From Heterodontus francisci (Eukaryota), in assembly GCF_036365525.1 (NCBI RefSeq), contig NC_090391.1, positions 11,780,001-11,844,000 of the forward strand: a stretch of 64,000 nt of DNA, written 5' to 3'. Within the stretch, counting starts at the first letter, position 1. The number at the start of each line of letters is the position of its first letter. The position numbers and the translations under genes are program-made. Shown piece by piece: positions 1-15,000 of this stretch. Below the pieces are notes generated by a model that saw nothing but the letters and a program-made list of their open reading frames with translations, had not been told where the DNA came from and made no database searches.

Positions 1-3000
1 TTACTGTGTGTGAGAGTGGGATTAATTCTGGATCTGGCAGTGTCTGTTACAGTGTGAGAGTGTGGGATTAATTCTGTATCTGTCAGTGTCTGTTACAGTG
101 TGTGAGTGTGGGATTAATTCTGCATCTGTCAATGTCTGTTACTGGGTCTGAGTGTGGAATTAATTCTGTATCTGTCACTGTCTGTTACTGTGTGAGAGTG
201 TGGGATTAGGTCTATATCTGTCAATGTCTGTTACTGTGTGTGAGTGTGGGATTAATTCTGTATCTGTCATTGTCTGTTACTCTCTGTGAGTGTGGGATTA
301 GTTCTGTATCTGTCAGTGTCTGTTACTGTGTGAGTGTGGGATTAATTCTGTATATGTCAGTGTTTGTTACAGTGTGTGAGAGTGGCATTAATGCTATATC
401 TGTCAGTGTCTGTTACTGTGTGAGAGTGTGTGATTAATTCTGTATCTGTCAGTGTATGTTACTGTGTGTGAGTGTGGGATTAATTCTGCATCTATCAGTG
501 TCTGTTACTGTGCATGATTGTGGGAATAATTCTGTATCTGTCAGTGTCTGTTACTGTGTGACTGTGTGGGATCAATTCTGTATCGGTCAGTGTCTGTTAC
601 AGTGTTTGAGTGTGGGATGAATTCTGTATCTATCAGTGGGTGTTACAGAGTGTGAGTGTGGGATTGATTATGTATCTATTAGTTTCTGTTACTGTGTATG
701 ATTGCAGGATTAATTCTCTATCTGTCAGTGCATGTTACTGTGTGTGAGTGTGGGATTAATTCTGTATCTGTCATTGTTTGTTACAGTGTGTGAGTGTGGG
801 TTTAATTCTGCATTTGTCAGTGTCTGTTACTGTGTGAGAGAGTGGGATTAATTCTGTATCTGTCAGTGTCTGTTACTGTGTGTGAGTGTGGGATTACTTC
901 TGTATCTGTCAGTGTCTGTTACTGTGTGAGAGTGTGGGATTAATTCTGTATCTATCAATGTCTGTTACTGTGTGTGAGAGTGGGATTAATTCTGGATCTG
1001 TCATTGTCTGTTACAGTGTGAGAGTGTGGGATTAATTCTGCATCTGTCAGTGTCTGTTACTGTGAGTGAGTGTAGGATTAATTCTGCTTCTGTCAGTGTC
1101 TGTTACTGTGTGTGAGTGTGGGATTAATTCAGTATCTGTCAGTGTCTGTTACTGTGTGTGACTGTGGGATAAGTTCTGTATCTGTCAGTTTCTGTTACTG
1201 TGTGTGAGTGTGGGATTAGGTCTGTATCTGTCAGTGTCTTTTACTGTGTGTGAGTGTGGGATTAATTCTGTATCTGTCAGTGTCTGTTACTCTCTGTGAG
1301 TGTGGGATTAGTTCTGTATCTGTCAGTGTCTGTTGCTGTGAGTGAGTGTGGGATTTATTCTGCATCTGTCAGTGTCTGTTACTGTGTGAGTGTGGGATTA
1401 ATTCTGCATCTGTCAGTGTCTGTTGCAGTGTGTGAGCGTGTGATTAATTCTGTATCTGTCAGTGTCTGTTGCAGTGTGTGAGCGTGGGATTAATTCTGTA
1501 TCTATCAGTGGGTGTTACAGTGTGTGAGTGTGGGATTGATTATGTATCTATTAGTGTCTGTTACTGTGTATGATTGCGGGATTAATTCTCTATCTGTCAG
1601 TGCATGTTACTATGTGTGAGTGTGGGATTAATTCTGTATCTGTCATTGTTTGTTACAGTGTGTGAGTCTGGGTTTAATTCTGCATTTGTCAGTGTCTGTT
1701 ACTGTGTGAGAGAGTGGGATTAATTCTGTATCTGTCAGTGTCTGTTACTGTGTGAAAGTGTGGGATTAATTTTGTATCTGTTGCGTCTGTTACAGTGTGT
1801 GAGTGTGGGATTAAGTCTGCATCTGTCAGTGTCTGTTACTGTGTGTGAGTGTGGGATTAATTCAGTATCTGTCAGTGTCTGTTACTGTGTGTGAGTGTGG
1901 GATTAATTCTTTATCTGTCAGTGTCTTACTGTGTGAAAGTGTGGGATTAATTCTGTATCTATCAGTGTCTGTTACTGTTTGTGAGTATGGGATTAGTTCT
2001 GTATCTGTCAGCGTCTGTTACTGTGTGTGAGTGTGGGATTAATTCTTTATCTGTCAGTGTCTTACTGTGTGAAAGTGTGGGATTAATTCTGTATCTATCA
2101 GTGTCTGTTACTGTGTATGATTGTGGGATTTATTCTGTATCTGTCGGTGTCTGTTACTGTGTGAGATTGTGGGATTAATTCTGTATCTGTCAGTGTCTGT
2201 TACTGTGTGTGAGAGTGGGATTAATTCTGGATCTGGCAGTGTCTGTTACAGTGTGAGAGTGTGGGATTAATTCTGTATCTGTCAGTGTCTGTTACAGTGT
2301 GTGAGTGTGGGATTAATTCTGCATCTGTCAATGTCTGTTACTGGGTCTGAGTGTGGAATTAATTCTGTATCTGTCACTGTCTGTTACTGTGTGAGAGTGT
2401 GGGATTAGGTCTATATCTGTCAATGTCTGTTACTGTGTGTGAGTGTGGGATTAATTCTGTATCTGTCATTGTCTGTTACTCTCTGTGAGTGTGGGATTAG
2501 TTCTGTATCTGTCAGTGTCTGTTACTGTGTGAGTGTGGGATTAATTCTGTATCTGTCAGTGTTTGTTACAGTGTGTGAGAGTGGCATTAATGCTATATCT
2601 GTCAGTGTCTGTTACTGTGTGAGAGTGTGTGATTAATTCTGTATCTGTCAGTGTATGTTACTGTGTGTGAGTGTGGGATTAATTCTGCATCTATCAGTGT
2701 CTGTTACTGTGCATGATTGTGGGAATAATTCTGTATCTGTCAGTGTCTGTTACTGTGTGACTGTGTGGGATCAATTCTGTATCGGTCAGTGTCTGTTACA
2801 GTGTGTGAGTGTGGGATGAATTCTGTATCTATCAGTGGGTGTTACAGAGTGTGAGTGTGGGATTGATTATGTATCTATTAGTGTCTGTTACTGTGTATGA
2901 TTGCAGGATTAATTCTCTATCTGTCAGTGCATGTTACTGTGTGTGAGTGTGGGATTAATTCTGTATCTGTCATTGTTTGTTACAGTGTGTGAGTGTGGGT

Positions 3001-6000
3001 TTAATTCTGCATTTGTCAGTGTCTGTTACTGTGTGAGAGAGTGGGATTAATTCTGTATCTGTCAGTGTCTGTTACTGTGTGTGAGTGTGGGATTACTTCT
3101 GTATCTGTCAGTGTCTGTTACTGTGTGAGAGTGTGGGATTAATTCTGTATCTATCAATGTCTGTTACTGTGTGTGAGAGTGGGATTAATTCTGGATCTGT
3201 CATTGTCTGTTACAGTGTGAGAGTGTGGGATTAATTCTGCATCTGTCAGTGTCTGTTACTGTGAGTGAGTGTAGGATTAATTCTGCTTCTGTCAGTGTCT
3301 GTTACTGTGTGTGAGTGTGGGATTAATTCAGTATCTGTCAGTGTCTGTTACTGTGTGTGACTGTGGGATAAGTTCTGTATCTGTCAGTTTCTGTTACTGT
3401 GTGTGAGTGTGGGATTAGGTCTGTATCTGTCAGTGTATTTTACTGTGTGTGAGTGTGGGATTAATTCTGTATCTGTCAGTGTCTGTTACTCTCTGTGAGT
3501 GTGGGATTAGTTCTGTATCTGTCAGTGTCTGTTGCTGTGAGTGAGTGTGGGATTTATTCTGCATCTGTCAGTGTCTGTTACTGTGTGAGTGTGGGATTAA
3601 TTCTGCATCTGTCAGTGTCTGTTGCAGTGTGTGAGCGTGTGATTAATTCTGTATCTGTCAGTGTCTGTTGCAGTGTGTGAGCGTGGGATTAATTCTGTAT
3701 CTATCAGTGGGTGTTACAGTGTGTGAGTGTGGGATTGATTATGTATCTATTAGTGTCTGTTACTGTGTCTGATTGCGGGATTAATTCTCTATCTGTCAGT
3801 GCATGTTACTATGTGTGAGTGTGGGATTAATTCTGTATCTGTCATTGTTTGTTACAGTGTGTGAGTCTGGGTTTAATTCTGCATTTGTCAGTGTCTGTTA
3901 CTGTGTGAGAGAGTGGGATTAATTCTGTATCTGTCAGTGTCTGTTACTGTGTGTGAGTGTGGGATTACTTCTGTATCTGTCAGTGTCTGTTACTGTGTGA
4001 GAGTGTGGGATTAATTCTGCATCTATCAGTGTCTGTTACTGTGTGAGAGAGTGGGATTAATTCTGTATCTATCAGTGTCTGTTACTGTGTCTGATTGTGG
4101 GATTAATTCTGTATCTGTCATTGTCTGTTACAGTGTGTGAGTGTGGGATTAATTCTGCATTTGTCAGTGTCTGTTACTGTGTGAGAGTGTGGGATTCAAT
4201 CAGTATCTGTCAGTGTCTGTTACTGTGTGTGAGAGTTGGATTAATTCTGGATCTGTCAGTGTCTGTTATTGTGTGAGAGAGCGGGATTAATTCTGTATCT
4301 GTCAGTGTCTGTTACAGTGTGTGAGTGAGGGATTCATTCTGCATCTGTCAGTGTCTGTTACTGTGTGAAAGTGTGGGATTAATTTTGTATCTGTTGCGTC
4401 TGTTACAGTGTGTGAGTGTGGGATTCAGTCTGCATCTGTCAGTGTCTGTTACTGTGTGTGAGTGTGGGATTAATTCAGTATCTGTCAGTGTCTGTTACTG
4501 TGTGTGAGAGTGGGATTAGTCATGTATCGATCAGTGTCTGTTACTGTTTGTGAGTATGGGATTAGTTCTGTATCTGTCAGCGTCTGTTACTGTGTGTGAG
4601 TGTGGGATTAATTCTTTATCTGTCAGTGTCTTACTGTGTGAATGTGTGGGATTAATTCTGTATCTATCAGTGTCTGTTACTGTGTATGATTGTGGGATTT
4701 ATTCTGTATCTGTCGGTGTCTGTTACTGTGTGAGATTGTGGGATTAATTCTGTATCTGTCAGTGTCTGTTACTGTGTGTGAGAGTGGGATTAATTCTGGA
4801 TCTGGCAGTGTCTGTTACAGTGTGAGAGTGTGGGATTAATTCTGTATCTGTCAGTGTCTGTTACAGTGTGTGAGTGTGGGATTAATTCTGCATCTGTCAA
4901 TGTCTGTTACTGGGTCTGAGTGTGGAATTAATTCTGTATCTGTCACTGTCTGTTACTGTGTGAGAGTGTGGGATTAGGTCTATATCTGTCAATGTCTGTT
5001 ACTGTGTGTGAGTGTGGGATTAATTCTGTATCTGTCATTGTCTGTTACTCTCTGTGAGTGTGGGATTAGTTCTGTATCTGTCAGTGTCTGTTACTGTGTG
5101 AGTGTGGGATTAATTCTGTATCTGTCAGTGTATGTTACTGTGTGAGAGTGTGTGATTAATTCTGTATCTGTCAGTGTATGTTACTGTGTGTGAGTGTGGG
5201 ATTAATTCTGCATCTATCAGTGTCTGTTACTGTGCATGATTGTGGGAATAATTCTGTATCTGTCAGTGTCTGTTACTGTGTGACTGTGTGGGATCAATTC
5301 TGTATCGGTCAGTGTCTGTTACAGTGTGTGAGTGTGGGATGAATTCTGTATCTATCAGTGGGTGTTACAGAGTGTGAGTGTGGGATTGATTATGTATCTA
5401 TTAGTGTCTGTTACTGTGTATGATGGCAGGATTAATTCTCTATCTGTCAGTGCATGTTACTGTGTGTGAGTGTGGGATTAATTCTGTATCTGTCATTGTT
5501 TGTTACAGTGTGTGAGTGTGGGTTTAATTCTGCATTTGTCAGTGTCTGTTACTGTGTGAGAGAGTGGGATTAATTCTGTATCTGTCAGTGTCTGTTACTG
5601 CGTGTGAGTGTGGGATTACTTCTGTATCTGTCAGTGTCTGTTACTGTGTGAGAGTGTGGGATTAATTCTGTATCTATCAGTGTCTGTTACTGTGTGAGAG
5701 AGTGGGATTAATTCTGTATCTATCAGTGTCTGTTACTGTGTCTGATTGTTTGATTAATTCTGTATCTGTCATTGTCTGTTACAGTGTGTGAGTGTGGGTT
5801 TAATTCTGCATTTGTCAGTGTCTGTTACTGTGTGAGAGAGTGGGATTAATTCTGTATCTGTCAGTGTCTGTTACTGCGTGTGAGTGTGGGATTACTTCTG
5901 TATCTGTCAGTGTCTGTTACTGTGTGTGAGAGTGGGATTAATTCTGGATCTGTCAGTGTCTGTTATTGTGTGAGATTGCGGGATTAATTCTGTATCTGTC

Positions 6001-9000
6001 AGTGTTTGTTACAGTGTGTGAGAGTGGGATTAATGCTATATCTGTCAGTGTCTGTTACTGTGTGAGAGTGTGTGATTAATTCTGTATCTGTCAGTGTTTG
6101 TTACAGTGTGTGAGAGTGGGATTAATGCTATATCTGTCAGTGTCTGTTACTGTGTGTGATTGTGGGAATAATTCTGTATCTGTCAGTGTCTGTTACTGTG
6201 TGACTGTGTGGGATCAATTCTGTATCGGTCACTGTCTGTTACAGAGTGTGAGTGTGGGATGAATTCTGTATCTGTCAGTGTCTGTTACTGTGTGTGAGTG
6301 TGGGATTAATTCTGCATCAGTCAGTGTCTGTTACTGTGTGTGAGTGTGGGATTAATTCTGTATCTGTCAGTGTCTGATGCTGTGTGTGAGTGTGGCATTT
6401 ATTTTGTATCTTTCAGTGTCTGTAACTGTGAGTGAGTGTGGGATTAATTCTGTTCATGTCACTGTCTGTTACTGTGAGTGAGTGTGGCATTAGTTCAGTA
6501 TCTTTCAGCGTCTGCTCTTATGTGTGAGTGTGGGAATAATTCTGTATCTATCAGTGTCTGTTACTGTGGGTGAGTGTGGGAGAAATTATGTATCTGTCAG
6601 TGTATGTTACTGTGTGTCAATGTGGGAATAAATCTATATCTGTCAGTGCCTGTTACTGTGTGACTGTGTAGGATTAATTCTGTATCGGTCAGTGTCTGTT
6701 ACAGTTTGTGAGTGTGGGATGAATTCTGTATCTGTCAGTGTCTGTTACTGTGTGTGAGTGTGGGATTAATTCTGTTCATGTCACTGTCTGTTACTGTGTG
6801 TGAGTGTGGCATTAGTTCAGTATCTTTCAGCGTCTGCTCTTGTGTGTGAGTGTGGGATTAATTCTGTATCTGTCAGTGTCTTACTGTGTGCGAATGTGGG
6901 ATTAATTCTGTATCTGTCAGTGTCTATTACTGTGTTTGAGTGTGGGATTAATTCTGCATCTGTCAGTGTCTGTTACTGTGTGTGAGTGTGGGATTTATTC
7001 TGTATCGGTCAGTATCTGTTACTGTGTGTGAGTGTGGGATTAATTCTGTATCGGTCAGTGACTGTTACAGTGTGTGAGTGTGGGATTAATTCTGCATTTG
7101 TCAGTGTCTGTTACTGTGTGAGAGTGTGGGATTCAATCAGTATCTGTCAGTGTCTGTTACTGTGTGTGAGAGTTGGATTAATTCTGGATCTGTCAGTGTC
7201 TGTTATTGTGTGAGAGAGCGGGATTAATTCTGTATCTGTCAGTGTCTGTTACAGTGTGTGAGTGAGGGATTCATTCTGCATCTGTCAGTGTCTGTTACTG
7301 TGTGAAAGTGTGGGATTAATTTTGTATCTGTTGCGTCTGTTACAGTGTGTGAGTGTGGGATTAAGTCTGCATCTGTCAGTGTCTGTTACTGTGTGTGAGT
7401 GTGGGATTAATTCAGTATCTGTCAGTGTCTGTTACTGTGTGTGAGAGTGGGATTAGTCATGTATCGATCAGTGTCTGTTACTGTTTGTGAGTATGGGATT
7501 AGTTCTGTATCTGTCAGCGTCTGTTACTGTGTGTGAGTGTGGGATTAATTCTTTATCTGTCAGTGTCTTACTGTGTGAATGTGTGGGATTAATTCTGTAT
7601 CTATCAGTGTCTGTTACTGTGTATGATTGTGGGATTTATTCTGTATCTGTCGGTGTCTGTTACTGTGTGAGATTGTGGGATTAATTCTGTATCTGTCAGT
7701 GTCTGTTACTGTGTGTGAGAGTGGGATTAATTCTGGATCTGGCAGTGTCTGTTACAGTGTGAGAGTGTGGGATTAATTCTGTATCTGTCAGTGTCTGTTA
7801 CAGTGTGTGAGTGTGGGATTAATTCTGCATCTGTCAATGTCTGTTACTGGGTCTGAGTGTGGAATTAATTCTGTATCTGTCACTGTCTGTTACTGTGTGA
7901 GAGTGTGGGATTAGGTCTATATCTGTCAATGTCTGTTACTGTGTGTGAGTGTGGGATTAATTCTGTATCTGTCATTGTCTGTTACTCTCTGTGAGTGTGG
8001 GATTAGTTCTGTATCTGTCAGTGTCTGTTACTGTGTGAGTGTGGGATTAATTCTGTATCTGTCAGTGTATGTTACTGTGTGAGAGTGTGTGATTAATTCT
8101 GTATCTGTCAGTGTATGTTACTGTGTGTGAGTGTGGGATTAATTCTGCATCTATCAGTGTCTGTTACTGTGCATGATTGTGGGAATAATTCTGTATCTGT
8201 CAGTGTCTGTTACTGTGTGACTGTGTGGGATCAATTCTGTATCGGTCAGTGTCTGTTACAGTGTGTGAGTGTGGGATGAATTCTGTATCTATCAGTGGGT
8301 GTTACAGAGTGTGAGTGTGGGATTGATTATGTATCTATTAGTGTCTGTTACTGTGTATGATGGCAGGATTAATTCTCTATCTGTCAGTGCATGTTACTGT
8401 GTGTGAGTGTGGGATTAATTCTGTATCTGTCATTGTTTGTTACAGTGTGTGAGTGTGGGTTTAATTCTGCATTTGTCAGTGTCTGTTACTGTGTGAGAGA
8501 GTGGGATTAATTCTGTATCTGTCAGTGTCTGTTACTGCGTGTGAGTGTGGGATTACTTCTGTATCTGTCAGTGTCTGTTACTGTGTGAGAGTGTGGGATT
8601 AATTCTGTATCTATCAGTGTCTGTTACTGTGTGAGAGAGTGGGATTAATTCTGTATCTATCAGTGTCTGTTACTGTGTCTGATTGTTTGATTAATTCTGT
8701 ATCTGTCATTGTCTGTTACAGTGTGTGAGTGTGAGATTAATTCTGCATTTGTCAGTGTCTGTTACTGTGTGAGAGTGTGGGATTCATTCAGTATCTGTCA
8801 GTGTCTGTTACTGTGTGTGAGAGTGGGATTAATTCTGGATCTGTCAGTGTCTGTTATTGTGTGAGATTGCGGGATTAATTCTGTATCTGTCAGTGTTTGT
8901 TACAGTGTGTGAGAGTGGGATTAATGCTATATCTGTCAGTGTCTGTTACTGTGTGAGAGTGTGTGATTAATTCTGTATCTGTCAGTGTTTGTTACAGTGT

Positions 9001-12000
9001 GTGAGAGTGGGATTAATGCTATATCTGTCAGTGTCTGTTACTGTGTGTGATTGTGGGAATAATTCTGTATCTGTCAGTGTCTGTTACTGTGTGACTGTGT
9101 GGGATCAATTCTGTATCGGTCAGTGTCTGTTACAGAGTGTGAGTGTGGGATGAATTCTGTATCTGTCAGTGTCTGTTACTGTGTGTGAGTGTGGGATTAA
9201 TTCTGCATCAGTCAGTGTCTGTTACTGTGTGTGAGTGTGGGATTAATTCTGTATCTGTCAGTGTCTGATGCTGTGTGTGAGTGTGGCATTTATTTTGTAT
9301 CATTCAGTGTCTGTAACTGTGAGTGAGTGTGGGATTAATTCTGTTCATGTCACTGTCTGTTACTGTGAGTGAGTGTGGCATTATTTCAGTATCTTTCAGC
9401 GTCTGCTCTTATGTGTGAGTGTGGGAATAATTCTGTATCTATCAGTGTCTGTTACTGTGGGTGAGTGTGGGAGAAATTATGTATCTGTCAGTGTATGTTA
9501 CTGTGTGTCAATGTGGGAATAAATCTATATCTGTCAGTGCCTGTTACTGTGTGACTGTGTAGGATTAATTCTGTATCGGTCAGTGTCTGTTACAGTTTGT
9601 GAGTGTGGGATGAATTCTGTATCTGTCAGTGTCTGTTACTGTGTGTGAGTGTGGGATTAATTCTGTTCATGTCACTGTCTGTTACTGTGTGTGAGTGTGG
9701 CATTAGTTCAGTATCTTTCAGCGTCTGCTCTTGTGTGTGAGTGTGGGATTAATTCTGTATCTGTCAGTGTCTTACTGTGTGCGAATGTGGGATTAATTCT
9801 GTATCTGTCAGTGTCTATTACTGTGTTTGAGTGTGGGATTAATTCTGCATCTGTCAGTGTCTGTTACTGTGTGTGAGTGTGGGATTTATTCTGTATCGGT
9901 CAGTATCTGTTACTGTGTGTGAGTGTGGGATTAATTCTGTATCGGTCAGTGACTGTTACAGTGTGTGAGTGCCGGATTAATTCTGTATCTGTCAGTGTCT
10001 GTTGCAGTGTGTGAGTGTGGGATTTATTCTGCATCTGTCAGTGTCTGTTTCTGTGTGTGAGTGTGGCATTTATTTTGTATCTGTCAGTGTCTGTCACTGT
10101 GTGAGAGTGTGGGATTAATTCTGTTTCTGTCAGTGTCTGTTACTGTGTGACTGTGTGGGATTAATTCTGTATCGGTCAGTGTCTGTTGCAGTGTGTGAGT
10201 GTGGGATTAATTCTGTATCTGTCAGTGTCTGTTACTGTGTGTGAGTGTGGCATTTATTTTGTATCTGTCAGTGTCTGTAACTGTGTGAGAGTGTGGGATT
10301 AATTCTGTATCTGTCAGTGTCTGTTACTCTCTGTGAGTGTGGGATTAGTTCTGTATCTGTCAGTGTCTGTTGCTGTGAGTGAGTGTGGGATTTATTCTGT
10401 ATCTGTCAGTGTCTGTTACTGTGTGAGTGTCGGATTAATTCTGTATCTGTCAGTGTCTGTTACAGTGTGTGAGTGTGGGATTAATTCTGTATCTGTCAGT
10501 GTCTGTTACTGTGTGAGAGTGTGGGATTAATTCTGTATCTGTCAGTGTCTGTTACTCTCTGTGAGTGTGGGATTAGTTCTGTATCTGTCAGAGTCTGTTG
10601 CTGTGAGTGAGTGTGGGATTTATTCTGTACCTGTCAGTGTCTGTTACTGTGTGAGTGTGGGATTAATTCTGCGTCTGTCAGTGTATGTTACAGTGTGAAA
10701 GTGTGGGATTGATTATGTATCTATTAGTGTCTGTTACTGTGTATGATTGCGGGCTTAATTCTCTATCTTTCAGTGTATGTTACTGTGTGTGAGAGTGGGA
10801 TTAGTTCTGTATCTGTCAGTGTCTGTTACTGATGGGAGTATGGGATTAGTTCTGTATCTTTCAGTGTCTGTTACTGTGTGAGAGTTTGGGATTAATTCTG
10901 TATCTGTCAGTGTCTTACTGCGTGAGAGTGTGGGATTAATTCTGTATCTGTCATTTTCTGTTACAGTGTGTGAGTGTGGGATTAATTCTGCATTAGTCAG
11001 TGTCTGCTACTGTGTGAGAGTGTGGGATTAATTCTGTATCTGTCAGTGTCCGTAACTGTGTGTGAGTGTGGGATTACTTCTGTATCTGTCAGTGTCTGTT
11101 CCTGAGTGAGAGTGTGGGACTAATTCTGTATCTATCAGTGTCTGTTACTGTGTGAGAGTGTGGGATCAATTCAGTATCTGTCAGTGTCTCTTACTGTGTG
11201 TGAGAGTGGGATTAATTCTAGATCTGTCAGTGTCTGTTACTGTGTGAGAGTGTGGGATTAATTCTGTATCTGTCAGTGTCTGTTACTATGTGTGAGTGTG
11301 GGATTACTTCTGTATCTATCAGTGTCTGTTCCTGTGTATGATTGTGGGATTAATTCTGCGTCTGTCGGTGTCTGTTACTGTGTGAGAGTGTGGGTATAAT
11401 TCAGTATCTTTCAGTGTCTGTTACTGTGTGTAAGTGTGTGGTTAATTCTTTATCTGTCAGTGTCTTACAGTGTGAAAGTGTGGGATTAATTCTGTATATA
11501 TCAGTGTCTGTTACTGTGTATGATTGTGGGATTAATTCTGTATCTGTCGGTGTCTGTTACTGTGTGAGAGTGTGGGATTAATTCTGTATCTGTCGGTGTC
11601 TGTTACTGTGTGAGAGTGTGGGATTAATTCAGTATCTGTCAGTGTCTGTTACAGTGTGTGAGAGTGGGATTAATTCTGGATCTGGCAGTGTCTGTTACAG
11701 TGTGAGAGTATGGGATTAATTCTGTATCTGTCGGTGTCTGTTACAGTGTGTGAGTGTGGGATTACTTCTGCATCTGTCAATGTCTGTTACTGTGTCTGAG
11801 TGTGGAATTAATTCTGTATCTGTCACTGTCTGATCCTTTCTGTGAGTGTGGGATTAGTTCCGTATCTGTCAGTGTCTGTTGCTGTGAGTGAGGGTGGGAT
11901 TTATTCTGTTTCTGTCTGTGTCTGTTACTGTGTGAGTGTGGGATTATTTCTGCATCTGTTAGTGTCTGTTACAGTGTGTGAGAGTGTGTGATCAATTCTG

Positions 12001-15000
12001 TATCTTTCAGTGTATGTTACTGTGTGTGAGTGTGGGATTAATCCTGCATCTATCAGTGTCTGTTACTGTGGCAGAGTGTGCGATAAATTATGTATCTATC
12101 ACTGATTGTTACTGTGTGTGAGTGTGGGATTAAGTCTGTATCTATCATTGTCTGTTACTGTGTGTGAGAGTGGGATTAAGTATGGATCTGTCAGTGTCTG
12201 TTACTGTGTGACTGTGTGGGATTAATTCTGTATCGGTCAGTGACTGTTACAGTGTGTGAGTGCCGGATTAATTCTGTATCGGTCAGTGTCTGTTGCAGTG
12301 TGTGAGTGTATCAATTATTTTGTATCTGTCAGTGTCTGTCACTGTGTGAGAGAGTGGGATTAATTCTGTATCAGTCAGTGTCTGTTACAGTGTGTGAGTG
12401 TGGGAAAAATTCTGTATCTGTCAGTGTCTGTTACTGTGTGAGAGTGTGGGATTCATTCTGCATCTGTCAGTGTCTGTTACTGTGTGAAAGTGTGTGATTA
12501 ATTCTGTGTCTGTTGCGTCTGTTACAGTGTGTGAGAGTGGGATTAATTCTGCATCTTTCAGTGTCTGTTACTGTGTGTGAGTGGGGGATTAATTCTGTAT
12601 CTGTCAGTGTCTGTTACTGTGTGAGATTGTGGGATTAATTCTGTATCGGTCAGTGTCTGTTACTCTCTGTGAGTGTGGGATTAGTTCTGTATCTGTCAGT
12701 GTCTGTTGCTGTGAGTGAGTGTGGGATTTATTCTGTATCTGTCAGTGTCTGTTACTGTGTGATTGTGGGATTAATTCTGTATCGGTCAGTGTCTGTTACA
12801 GTGTGTGAGTGTGGGAAAAATTCTGTATATGTCAGTGTCTGTTACTGTGTGAGAGTGTGGGATTAATTCTGTATCTGTCAGTGTCTGTTACTCTCTGCGA
12901 GTGTGGGATTAGTTCTGTATCTGTCAGTGTCTGTTGCTGTGAGTGCGTGTGGGATTTATTCTGTATCTGTCAGTGTCTGTTACTCTCTGCGAGTGTGGCA
13001 TTTATTTTGTATCTGTCAGTGTCTGTAACTGTGAGTGAGTGTTGGATTAATTCTGTTCATTTCACTGTCTGTTACTGTGTGTGAGTGTGGCATTAGTTCA
13101 GTATCTTTCAGCGTCTGCTCTTGTGTGTGAGTGTGGGATTAATTCTGTATCATTCAGTGTCTTACTGTGAGTGAGTTTGGGATTAATTCTGTATCTGTCA
13201 CTGTTTGTTACTGTGTGTGAGTGTGGGATGAATTCTGTATCTGTCAGTGTCTGTTGCAGTGTGTGAGTGTGGGATTAATTCTGTATCTGTCAGTGTCTTA
13301 CTGTGTGCGAATGTGGGAATAATTTTGTATCTGTCAGTGTCTATTACTGTGTTTGAGTGTGGGATTAATCCTGCATCTATCAGTGTCTGTTACTGTGTGT
13401 GAGTGTGGGATTTATTCTGTATCGGTCAGTATCTGTTACTGTGTGTGAGTGTGGGATTAATACTGTATCTATCAGTGTCTGTTACTGTGGCTGAGTGTGC
13501 GATAAATTATGTATCTATCACTGATTGTTACTGTGAGTGAGTGTGGGATTAAGTCTGTATCTATCATTGTCCGTATACTGTGTGTGAGAGTGGGATTAAG
13601 TATGGATCTGTCAGTGTCTGTTACTGTGTGACTGTGTGGGACTAATTCTGTATCGGTCAGTGACTGTTGCCGTGTGTGAGTGTGGGATTAATTCTGCATC
13701 TGTCAGTGTCTGTTTCTGTGTGTGAGTGTGGCATTTATTTTGTATCTGTCAGTGTCTGTCACTGTGTGAGAGTGTGGGATTAATTCTGCATCAGTCAGTG
13801 TCTGTTACTGTGTGACTGTGTGGGATTAATTCTGTATCGGTCAGTGTCTGTTACAGTGTGTGAGTGTGGGATTAATTCTGTATCGTCAGTGTCTGTTACT
13901 GTGTGTGAGTGTGGCATTTATTTTGTATCTGTCAGTGTCTGTAACTGTGTGAGAGTGTGGGATTAATTCTGTATCTGTCAGTGTCTGTTACTGTGTGACT
14001 GTGTAGGATTAATTCTGTATCGGTCAGTGTCTGTTACAGTGTGTGAGTGTGGGATTCATTCTATATCTGTCAGTGTCTGTTGCAGTGTTTGAGTGTGGGA
14101 TTAATTCTGCATCTGTCAGTGACCGTGACAGTGTGTGAGTGTGGGACTAATTCTGTATCTGTCAGTGTCTGTTGCTGTGTGTGAGTGTGGCATTTATTTT
14201 GTATCTGTCAGTTTCTGTAACTGTGTGTGAGTGTGGGATTAATTCTGTATCTGTCAGTGTCTGTTACTCACTGTGAGTGTGGGATTAGTTCTGTATCTGT
14301 CAGTGTCTGTTGCTGTGAGTGAGTGTGGGATTTATTCTGTATCTGTCAGTGTCTGTTTTTGTGTGAGTGTGGGATTAATTCTGTATCTGTCAGTGTCTGT
14401 TACAGTGTGTGAGTGTGGGATTAATTCTGTATCTGTCAGTGTCTGTTACTGTGTGAGAGTGTGGGATTAATTCTGTATCTGTCAGTGTCTGTTACTGTGT
14501 ATGATTGTGGGAATAATTCTGTATCTGTCAGTGTCTGTTTCTGTGTGACTGTGTGGGATTAATTCTGTATCGGTCAGTGTCTGTTCCAGTGTGAGAGTGT
14601 GGGATTAATTCTGTATCTGTCAGTGTCTGTTACTGTGTGTGATTGCGGGATTAATTCTGTATCTGTCAGTGTCTGATGCTGTGTGTGAGTGTGGCATTTA
14701 TTTTGTATCTTTCAGTGTCTGTAACTGTGTGTGAGTGTGGGATTAATTCTGTATCTATCAGTGTTTTACTGTGAGTGAGTGTGGGATTAATTCTGTTCAT
14801 GTCACTGTCTGTTACTCTGTTATAGTGTGGCATTAGTTCAGTATCTTTCAGCGTCTGCTCTTGTGTGTGAGTGTGGGATTAATTCTGTATCTGTCAGTGT
14901 CTTACTGTGTGCGAATGTGGGATTAATTTTGTATCTTTCCGTGTCTGTTACTGTGTGTGAGTGTGGGATTAATTCTGTATCTGTCAGTTTATTACTGTGT

